Source of the DNA: a virus
Taxonomy: Duplodnaviria; Caudoviricetes
Reading direction: 5' to 3' (one strand)
IMG/VR virus record: IMGVR_UViG_2706796482_000001
Span: 1-64,000 of that record
Length of the DNA stretch: 64,000 nucleotides
The position numbers were made by a program, and so were the translations under genes. Of this stretch, positions 56,487 to 64,000 are shown in pieces. Numbering within the stretch: position 1 is the first letter of the stretch; every line of letters begins with the position of its first letter. The notes beneath the pieces were generated by a model. It saw nothing but the letters and a program-made list of their open reading frames with translations. It did not search any database and was not told where the DNA came from.

Positions 56487-57693
56487 GGCAAAGGTAATTA
56501 GCGCAGTCTGCCGTTCTAAGCAGGTAGCGCCACTACTCGCTGATAGCGTTGACGACCTCTTTGTATCACATAGAGATATCTGGGTTGCTCTGCGAAAGTA
56601 TTACATGCAGTTCAAGGCAATCCCAGACCTCTCTGTGCTACAAGAGCGCTTCTCTCTGCTAGATGATGTTGAAGCGAAGGGCGAGCCTGATTTCTACCTT
56701 GACGAACTAAAGGGTGAATACCTTCGTAGCCGCATGGTGGGCATCATGGACAAAGCTGATACCGCTCTGAATGGAGAGGCACCAGCGCGTGTTCTTGCAA
56801 AGCTTACAGCCGAACTGGGCAAGCTGAACAAGTTCACCAACAACGTACGTGACCTTGACCTTATGGACATTGAGTCTGCTGAGCGTCACTTTGAGGTTGT
56901 ACGTGAAAGGGCGGCAGCAAATGGTTCACCTGGTATTCCTACTGGAATCAAGGCAATCGATGCCGCATATCCTACAGGTATGGCACCTGGCCACCTTATC
57001 GTGGCTATTGGTTGGCCTGGTAAGGGTAAGACTTGGTTCACTTCCTATCTAGCCTGTAAGGCTTGGGAGCGTGGATTCAAGCCGATGATTGTCTCTCTTG
57101 AGATGTCTCCTGAGAACATGCGTGACCGAATCTATACTCTTATGGGTTCTGGTCTGTTCTCAGCGACGGACTTTGCTCGTGGTCAGATTGACATTGACAA
57201 TTTCCGTGCATGGGGACAGAAGAAGCTGGCTAACAAGCCAGAGTTCATCATCGTTTCAAATGAGGGTGTTGGCGATGTTACGCCTAACGTTGTTCAGGCG
57301 AAGATTGAGCAGCACCGTCCAGACCTGGTAATCTGTGACTATCACCAGCTATTCACGAACAACAACCGAAGCAACTCTCCCGTAGAGCGAGCAATGGGTG
57401 TGTCTCGTGAATTCAAGCAGCTTGCAATCACGAATAACATTCCTCTGATTGACATTACGGCTGCTACGGCTGATGATACGAACAGCACAAAGACGGCTCC
57501 AATGCTGAACCAGGTTGCATGGTCCAAGGCCATCGAGTATGATGCTGACATGGCGTTTGCGGTTCACCGTGACCCTGACAGCGGCCTTATGCAGGTTATT
57601 TGCAGGAAGAATCGTCATGGTTCTGACTTCGAATTTGAGATTGATGCAGACCTCGACAAGGGTGTCTGGAAGGAATCCTACGGCGGTTTCTGA
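56473..57693 (+). CDS. dnaB: DnaB-like replicative helicase
   Basis: GWPGKGKT Walker A, SLEMS, ICDYHQL, IEYDAD and KNRHG. Confidence 0.9.
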   Translation: MASTEAKVISAVCRSKQVAPLLADSVDDLFVSHRDIWVALRKYYMQFKAIPDLSVLQERFSLLDDVEAKGEPDFYLDELKGEYLRSRMVGIMDKADTALNGEAPARVLAKLTAELGKLNKFTNNVRDLDLMDIESAERHFEVVRERAAANGSPGIPTGIKAIDAAYPTGMAPGHLIVAIGWPGKGKTWFTSYLACKAWERGFKPMIVSLEMSPENMRDRIYTLMGSGLFSATDFARGQIDIDNFRAWGQKKLANKPEFIIVSNEGVGDVTPNVVQAKIEQHRPDLVICDYHQLFTNNNRSNSPVERAMGVSREFKQLAITNNIPLIDITAATADDTNSTKTAPMLNQVAWSKAIEYDADMAFAVHRDPDSGLMQVICRKNRHGSDFEFEIDADLDKGVWKESYGGF

Positions 57694-57989
57694 TGCACAG
57701 CAATGTCAAAAGGTTTCAGGTGGACGGCATCATCAATGATGATGCTGATTTTCCACGACTGAGAGCAAACTACGAACACTTGCTGGTTAAAGAAATGCGC
57801 GGTACAGGATACATCCCAGTCCTTGACTTGGGTCCATACTTCTCAACTGAATACAGGCAAGACAGCAAATATAACTTTGTCATAACGGCTTATGGAATCT
57901 ACGTTGGGAGGAGAAAGTCTTGGGAAATACACGGAATAGTGAATGGGCTCCCAGTATCTATGACTACACAGAAGAACAAATCGCAGTAG
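57693..57989 (+). CDS. Hypothetical protein
   Basis: TGATG coupling. Confidence 0.7.
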   Translation: MHSNVKRFQVDGIINDDADFPRLRANYEHLLVKEMRGTGYIPVLDLGPYFSTEYRQDSKYNFVITAYGIYVGRRKSWEIHGIVNGLPVSMTTQKNKSQ

Positions 57990-58984
57990 TCATTCAGGGT
58001 GTTGGAGTAGAGGTAGACGGCGAAACGGGCAATGACTTCCTTTGCTACTGTCCTTTCCATGGAAATACGGATACCCCAAGCTTCTCCGTTTCCAAGCGTA
58101 ATGGTACATTCATCTGCTTCAATGCTGCGTGCGCAGAGCAGGGGAATCTAATCGGCCTGGTGCAGAGGCTTCGAAAGTGCAGTATGATGGAAGCACTTCG
58201 ATTCGTCATGAAGCACAAGGAGACTCGACATGTATCTCTTGCCGAACGACGACAGAAGCGTCTGGACCGTGGTGGAGAATTCAATATTCTTCCTGATGCT
58301 CCATTCGAGCGCATGTACAATGACTTCTGGAACAATCCTGAACCAGTCAGGTACATGGTCGAAGACAGGGGTTTTGAGGAAGATACTCTTCATCACTTCA
58401 AGATTGGTTACTCTGTCAAAAACGACATGGTGATTGTTCCCATGCATTCCCCAGAGGGAAAGCATGTGGGACTCATTGGTCGTAGCATTGAAGGCAAGCG
58501 ATTCAAGAATTCACCTGGCCTTCCAGTGAGTAGAACTCTTTGGAATTTGAACAGAGCAAGGGCGGCCGGTGATGCAGTGGTTATCACAGAAGCGTCCTTT
58601 GATAGTATGAGAGTTCATCAGTCAGGGTATCCTTGTACAGTAGCTCTACTAGGAGGCCATCTAAGCCTTCTGCATATTGAGCTTTTGAATAGATACTTCA
58701 ACACTCTTATCATCATGACTGATTTTGATAAGAAGGAAGACCACATTTCCCCTGTATGTAGAAAGTGCGAGGGGCAGTGTAAGGGGCACAATCCAGGAAG
58801 AGACCTTGGTAAGCTCATCGTAGAGTCCTTTCCTCGTAAGCGAGTGCTTTGGGCTTCACATGGCTACAAAGAGGTTTATCCAGATGGCGCTAAGGACCCT
58901 GGTATGATTTCTGATAAGGAAATCAAGACCTGTGTTCAGAACGCTGTGTCCAACTTTGAGTACAAAAGGTGGGGCTTGTACTGA
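57920..58984 (+). CDS. dnaG: DNA primase (CHC2 Zn finger and TOPRIM)
   Basis: CPFH..TDTPSF...CF..C; TEASFD; DFD. Confidence 0.88.
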   Translation: MGNTRNSEWAPSIYDYTEEQIAVVIQGVGVEVDGETGNDFLCYCPFHGNTDTPSFSVSKRNGTFICFNAACAEQGNLIGLVQRLRKCSMMEALRFVMKHKETRHVSLAERRQKRLDRGGEFNILPDAPFERMYNDFWNNPEPVRYMVEDRGFEEDTLHHFKIGYSVKNDMVIVPMHSPEGKHVGLIGRSIEGKRFKNSPGLPVSRTLWNLNRARAAGDAVVITEASFDSMRVHQSGYPCTVALLGGHLSLLHIELLNRYFNTLIIMTDFDKKEDHISPVCRKCEGQCKGHNPGRDLGKLIVESFPRKRVLWASHGYKEVYPDGAKDPGMISDKEIKTCVQNAVSNFEYKRWGLY

Positions 58985-59061
58985 CAGGCTCCCATCTGCT
59001 ACAATAGAGACTAGTAGGCGCTAAGGCGACCTCGAATAAAACTAGGAGAATATAAACTAAT

Positions 59062-59829
59062 ATGGGTACTCTTAAGGGTCTCGCAGCAATTCGCGCACAT
59101 AATGAGAAGCAGGCACAGGCAGCCAAGGAGCGAGAAGCGCGTCTCAACTCCGCAAAGGTAGAATACCTTAGCCTGAATGATGGACAGAGCGTAAAGGTTC
59201 GTTTCCTACAGGAGATGGACGCAGAGGCGAAGAACTACGACAAGGCTCGTGGCGTAGGCGTTGGTGTCGTTGAGCACAGCGTTTACGACAAGGCAAACCG
59301 TCGTATGTACCGCACCGCCTGTCTGATGGACGACGAGGGTCGCTGCTACGGTTGTGAGCGTTACCGTGCTGGCGACAAGGATTATTCAACAAAGCGTAAC
59401 TACTACATCAACGTCCTGGTAGATGCAATGGACGGTGAGGCTCCAAAGACTATGGTACTTTCCCGTAGCCTAGGCTCCTCATTCTTCGAGAAGCTTATTA
59501 CCATGCATGACCTTCTCGACAGCATCACTGAGCACAACTTCAAGGTCACCCGAACGGGTACCTCAAAGGACACCAAGTGGGACCTACAGCTCCTTAAGGG
59601 AGATGCAGCACTGGATGACAGTGAGGCTGTAGTCCACGACATCGACAATGAGGCCAATGGCATCATCCGTCGTTACCCATACGAGGCCACTTCTGAGAGG
59701 GCTTCCCAGGAGCAGTATTTCGCTGGTGAAACCTACAAGCAGAAGGAGGGTGGCGCTTCCGATTCCGGCAATGCAAATTCCGGTGGTGGAGCTAAGTCTT
59801 CTGGCTACAACATGGACGAGTCCTGGTAA
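59062..59829 (+). CDS. Single-stranded DNA-binding protein (gp32-like, putative)
   Basis: VKVRFL, Zn-type Cys, acidic/aromatic tail; lies between primase and polymerase. Confidence 0.65.
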   Translation: MGTLKGLAAIRAHNEKQAQAAKEREARLNSAKVEYLSLNDGQSVKVRFLQEMDAEAKNYDKARGVGVGVVEHSVYDKANRRMYRTACLMDDEGRCYGCERYRAGDKDYSTKRNYYINVLVDAMDGEAPKTMVLSRSLGSSFFEKLITMHDLLDSITEHNFKVTRTGTSKDTKWDLQLLKGDAALDDSEAVVHDIDNEANGIIRRYPYEATSERASQEQYFAGETYKQKEGGASDSGNANSGGGAKSSGYNMDESW

Positions 59830-59836
59830 ACAAGAT

Positions 59837-59856
59837 AGCCCCTCTTCGGAGGGGCT
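59837..59856 (+). terminator. Intrinsic terminator
   Basis: AGCCCCTC-TTCG-GAGGGGCT. Confidence 0.75.
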
Positions 59857-59914
59857 TCTTGCATCTCTGGCCCGCGTCTGATAGAGTAGACCTACAACAA
59901 CAAGGAAGGTATCG

Positions 59915-62900
59915 ATGAAGCAGAATATTGAACTTCACCTTCACGACCATTACTCCTCCATGGACGGAACCAATACAGCAGCAGAGTATATGGTTCGTGC
60001 CAAGGAATTGGGAATGACGCACCTTGCTCAGACGAATCACGGAACACTTGGTGGACACCGTGAGTTTCAGCAGGCTGCGATGGACGCAGGTATTGTTCCA
60101 ATCCTCGGTGTAGAGGCTTATATCTCACCGACTGACCGCTTTGACAAGCGCTCCAAGGCGTCTCGTGCAGACGGCACAAATGCATACAACCACCTTATTA
60201 TCCTGGCTCAGAACGAGACGGGACTACAGACTCTCAACCGAATCAACCGTGTTGGCTGGACCGAGGGCTTTTATTCTAAGCCTCGTATCGACATGGAAGT
60301 TCTGGAAAACGACAATGAGGGTCTGATTGTTCTTTCTGGATGCCTTAACGGACTCATCTGTAAGGCAATCGAGGCCGGTGAGCTTGAAGAGGCTCTAAGC
60401 ATTGCTGACCGCTTCAAGAGTATTCTAGGTGACCGATTCTTCATTGAGGTTCAGGGTCACAATCCTGTTGAGATGAATGAGGCACTGTTCCACATTGCTG
60501 ACACCAAGGGCATCAAGCCTGTTGTCACGAGTGACTGCCACTACGCTCGTAAGGAAGACCTGTGGATTCAGGAAGCTATGCTCATCCTGAGCACGAATCC
60601 AAAGAAGAGTAAGGACGCTGAGCTTTCCAAGTCACAGAAGATGGAGATGCTTGAGCGATTCAATTACCTGTATCCTGACCGCAAGATGACCTTCGAGAAG
60701 ATTGAGATTTACCTTCACGATGCACAGGAGCATCTTGATGCGTTCAAGGCTCAGGGATTTGACCGCGAGGATATTGTGTCTAACACGCACGTCGTTGCAG
60801 ACATGATTGGCGATTATCCATTCCACCGTGGCCTTGACCTTCTTCCTCGTCCGTCTGATGGGAATCCTGATGACATTCTGGAAGAAAAGTCCCGGCAGGG
60901 ATTGAGGGACCGTGGTCTGTATGACACAAAGGGATACGTAGCGCGGCTTGAAGAAGAACTAGACATCATCAAGTCAAAGGACTTCTCTACTTACTTCCTC
61001 ATTGTTGAGGACATGATTTCATGGGCAAAGTCTCAGGGAATTATGGTTGGTCCTGGTCGTGGTTCTGGTGCTGGTTCACTCGTGAACTATGCTCTCGGCA
61101 TTACAGAGATTGACCCAATTGCAGAGAATCTTCTGTTCTTTCGATTCATCAACCCTGAGCGAAATGACTTTCCTGACATTGACACCGACTTCGAGGATGC
61201 TCGTCGTGGTGAGGTCAAGGAATATCTTCGCAAGAAGTATGGCCACGTTGCATCAATTGCAACCTATGGCTACTTCAAGGACAAGCAGGTAATCAAGGAC
61301 GCAGCGCGTGTATTCTGCATTCCTGTGGGCGAGGTAAATCGAGCCCTCAAGTTTGTGGATAAGTGGGAGCAGTTCCTTAGCTCTCCTACGACTGAGGAAT
61401 TTCGTAAGAAGTATCCAGAGGTCATCAAGCTGGCAGAGCGCCTTCGTGGTCGTATCCGTCAGTCTGGTATGCACGCGGCCGGTGTGGTAATTGCGAATCA
61501 GCCTCTGGCCAACTTCGCACCCATCGAAACTGCAAAGGACCCTAACGACCCCAACGGCCCTAGGATTCCCCTTGTAGCCATGGACATGGACCAGGCAGCA
61601 GACCTTGGTCTTGTAAAGCTTGACGCCCTTGGGCTTAAGGCTCTTAGCATTATCAGGGACTCTCTTCGAATGATTGAGGAGCGTCATGGTCGAAAGATTG
61701 ACCTGAACGCTATTCCACTCACTGACAGCCGAGTGTACGGAATGCTTTCTGAGGGATACACCAAGGGTGTGTTCCAGTGTGAGGCTACCGCTTATACGAA
61801 GCTGATTATCAAGATGGGTGGCGTCTCTAATTTCGATGAGCTTGCTGCGTCTAACGCTCTTGTTCGTCCTGGTGCCATGAATACCATTGGTGCCGAGTAC
61901 ATTGCACGAAAGAACGGAAAGTCTCCTGTTAAGTATCACCACTTTGAGATGAAGCCATTCACCTCAGAGACGTATGGTGAGATTCTGTATCAGGAGCAGG
62001 TCATGCAGACGATGACTGAATTGGCCGGTATGAAGATGGCCACTGCCGATAAGGTACGTAAGATTATCGGTAAGAAGAAGGATGCCAGTGAGTTCGACCA
62101 GTACCGAGAGGAATTCCTTGAAGGTGCTAGCAAGAAGGTTCACCCTGCTGTTGCTGAAAAGCTCTGGCAGGACTTCGAGGCTCACGCTGGCTACTCCTTC
62201 AACAAGTCTCACGCTGTGGCTTACTCACGGCTCTCCTACTGGACTGCATGGCTCAAGAAGCACTATCCTCTGGAGTTCATGTGTGCCACACTTCGCAATG
62301 AAGGTGACAAGGACTCTCTGACTGAGTACCTGATTGAGACAAAGCGTATGGGCATCAAGGTTCTCCTTCCACACGTCAACATCTCAAAGGTCAATTTCGA
62401 GATTGAGGGTGACGCGATTCGATTCGGTCTCGCCAACATCAAGTTCATTCGTGAGCCTGGTGCAATGAGGCTGATTGAGTATCGTCCATTCACCTCCTAT
62501 GCTGACCTAAAGGAAAAGATTCAGGAGTCTGGTAACGGCCTGAACGTACGTGCTTTGAAGGCTCTGTATCTTGTAGGTGCAGCAGCATTCGAGGACATGC
62601 CTCGTACAGGAGAGGAACGAGAGAACTTCTACGAATACCTTGGTATTCCTGCTTTCGAATTGAAGTTCATTCCACCAAAGGTCAGGGCACAAATGACTGA
62701 CCTGGAGGATTTCAAGGACAAGGGTGCTTTCTGTATCCTTGCCATGGTCAAGGGAATTAAGCGTGGTGAGGGATGGGCTCGATTGGACTTGATTGATGAG
62801 ACTGGCACCGCAGGTGTCTTTACTAATCCTGAGACTCCTATTGAGCCTGGCCAGATGTATGCTATCCTGGTATCTGACAACAGGGTTGCGAGGTTTGCGA

Positions 62901-63199
62901 CCATGGATGAACTGATTAACAGGATTCCTAACGGCTTCGTGGACTATCTCTATGCGAGTGAGTACGGTGACATTCCTGACGGCATGTACAAGGTGCTTGC
63001 TTTCCAGAGGTACGTTACGAAGGCGAAGAAGACAATGGCGTACACGACTGTATGTGACTCTGAAAAGAATCTCTATCCAGTCATGGCCTTCCCAACCATG
63101 TTCCACAAGGCATATGGCAAGTGCAAGGATGGTGCAGTAATTGACGCCATCCTTAAGCAGACTCAGGAAGGTAGCTGGTTTTACGACAATATCCTGTAA
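59915..63199 (+). CDS. dnaE: DNA polymerase III alpha subunit
   Basis: HLHDHYSSMDG PHP domain, GPGRGSGAGSLV, PDIDTDF and YSFNKSHA. Confidence 0.95.
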   Translation: MKQNIELHLHDHYSSMDGTNTAAEYMVRAKELGMTHLAQTNHGTLGGHREFQQAAMDAGIVPILGVEAYISPTDRFDKRSKASRADGTNAYNHLIILAQNETGLQTLNRINRVGWTEGFYSKPRIDMEVLENDNEGLIVLSGCLNGLICKAIEAGELEEALSIADRFKSILGDRFFIEVQGHNPVEMNEALFHIADTKGIKPVVTSDCHYARKEDLWIQEAMLILSTNPKKSKDAELSKSQKMEMLERFNYLYPDRKMTFEKIEIYLHDAQEHLDAFKAQGFDREDIVSNTHVVADMIGDYPFHRGLDLLPRPSDGNPDDILEEKSRQGLRDRGLYDTKGYVARLEEELDIIKSKDFSTYFLIVEDMISWAKSQGIMVGPGRGSGAGSLVNYALGITEIDPIAENLLFFRFINPERNDFPDIDTDFEDARRGEVKEYLRKKYGHVASIATYGYFKDKQVIKDAARVFCIPVGEVNRALKFVDKWEQFLSSPTTEEFRKKYPEVIKLAERLRGRIRQSGMHAAGVVIANQPLANFAPIETAKDPNDPNGPRIPLVAMDMDQAADLGLVKLDALGLKALSIIRDSLRMIEERHGRKIDLNAIPLTDSRVYGMLSEGYTKGVFQCEATAYTKLIIKMGGVSNFDELAASNALVRPGAMNTIGAEYIARKNGKSPVKYHHFEMKPFTSETYGEILYQEQVMQTMTELAGMKMATADKVRKIIGKKKDASEFDQYREEFLEGASKKVHPAVAEKLWQDFEAHAGYSFNKSHAVAYSRLSYWTAWLKKHYPLEFMCATLRNEGDKDSLTEYLIETKRMGIKVLLPHVNISKVNFEIEGDAIRFGLANIKFIREPGAMRLIEYRPFTSYADLKEKIQESGNGLNVRALKALYLVGAAAFEDMPRTGEERENFYEYLGIPAFELKFIPPKVRAQMTDLEDFKDKGAFCILAMVKGIKRGEGWARLDLIDETGTAGVFTNPETPIEPGQMYAILVSDNRVARFATMDELINRIPNGFVDYLYASEYGDIPDGMYKVLAFQRYVTKAKKTMAYTTVCDSEKNLYPVMAFPTMFHKAYGKCKDGAVIDAILKQTQEGSWFYDNIL

Positions 63200-63207
63200 G
63201 GAGGATA

Positions 63208-63387
63208 ATGGATGAAGCAGTCAGGCCAGAAGACATTCTGCGCCTGTTGCTTATCGCCAATGGCCCTGTCACTGTCTCTGCTGAGGAGATGGACAGGGCC
63301 TTGTGTGATGCAACACAATATCAGGTAGCTGTAAGCTACGAACCATTCAAAGAAGAATTCACAATACACCTGGAGAACAATGATTAA
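63208..63387 (+). CDS. Hypothetical protein (59 aa)
   Basis: Manual translation MDEAVRPEDIL...; AAGGAGG RBS. Confidence 0.65.
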   Translation: MDEAVRPEDILRLLLIANGPVTVSAEEMDRALCDATQYQVAVSYEPFKEEFTIHLENND

Positions 63388-63754
63388 CGGACTTGAAAAT
63401 CTTGGCAATGACCTGAGCATCAACGATTACCAGCTAACTGCCAATGAGACTGCGATTTACCCTGAGAATGGCGAGGCCAGTACAGCGGCTATCAATTACT
63501 GCATTCTTGGCCTGGTAGGTGAAGCTGGAGAGATTGCGAACGGCTTCAAGAAGACCATTCGAGACGATGATGGCATTGTCACAGGAGAGAAGGCAAAGGC
63601 TCTGGCAGCAGAGCTGGGAGACGTTCTCTGGTATGCAGCAAATCTTGCCAGTGAGCTTGGATACCCTCTGGAGCTGATTGCCAAGCAGAATACGCAGAAG
63701 CTCAAGTCTCGTCAGGCACGAGGTGTCATTGCTGGCAGTGGCGACAACCGCTGA
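63380..63754 (+). CDS. MazG-like nucleotide pyrophosphohydrolase
   Basis: LGLVGEAGEIA...ELGDVLWY. Confidence 0.88.
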   Translation: MINGLENLGNDLSINDYQLTANETAIYPENGEASTAAINYCILGLVGEAGEIANGFKKTIRDDDGIVTGEKAKALAAELGDVLWYAANLASELGYPLELIAKQNTQKLKSRQARGVIAGSGDNR

Positions 63755-63773
63755 CGCCTGATATACTTGGCCT

Positions 63774-63974
63774 ATGAGCACAGAAGCATATTTCCTCCGG
63801 GGAGTCGAAGACGAACACCTATTGGTATTCCGAGGCGACGACGCGGAGGAAATTTTGTTTATCATTGCGCGGTTGGCCGCCTGCCGCGACAAAAAAATAA
63901 AGGCAATGGCAAGAAAACTTGAAGAGGAATGGAATCAAATAAACTATGGAAATCGAAGAGGAGATTCTAGCTAA
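63774..63974 (+). CDS. Hypothetical protein, leaderless
   Basis: TATACT-N6-ATG. Confidence 0.65.
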   Translation: MSTEAYFLRGVEDEHLLVFRGDDAEEILFIIARLAACRDKKIKAMARKLEEEWNQINYGNRRGDSS

Positions 63975-64000
63975 GCTAAGTCCAAAGGTACTAGCAAGAG
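63946..64000 (+). CDS. 5' fragment of the next gene (MEIEEEILAKLSPK...), truncated by the window edge
   Basis: ATG with a frame open to the window end. Confidence 0.4.
   Translation, partial: MEIEEEILAKLSPKVLAR

Noticed and set aside
59915-63199. Intein or intron in dnaE (also checked nrdJ and dnaB)
   Set aside because: Lengths are typical, and no splicing motifs or frame interruptions were seen.

Overview
64 kb of a large lytic Streptomyces siphovirus genome. Gene content and order resemble actinobacteriophage clusters BE/BK; this assignment comes from recalled gene families, not a database search. (1) 1-11.4 kb is an accessory region of small leftward genes built as repeated cassettes: [C-UUCG-G hairpin][palindromic box TGTCCG-N3-CGGACA, 17 copies][promoter with TAGACT -10][gene(s)]. 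Cargo includes DUF932, an L7/L12-CTD-like protein, a double-Lsr2 protein, a GP88-like protein and two ParB-N paralogs. Non-coding phased repeats, large inverted repeats and a TATGTACC low-complexity tract flank it. (2) 11.5-18.4 kb is a leftward block with ThyX, a membrane-anchored DUF2637-like protein whose gene carries about 40 TGTC/GACA motifs, Dps, a cytidylyltransferase, two glycosyltransferases, tRNA-Thr, a membrane-anchored HNH and a transglycosylase. (3) A structured non-coding divergence region lies at 18.4-18.9 kb. (4) Rightward genes follow: GT4, class II RNR, endolysin, the head and tail module (no terminase seen), holin, then replication genes (DnaB, primase, SSB, DnaE, MazG). The main leads are the boxed cassette array with its candidate cognate membrane-tethered DNA-binding protein, and matching RBS-sequestering hairpins that contain promoters at both lysis genes. 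Motif counts and coordinates were read by eye and may be off by a base or two.
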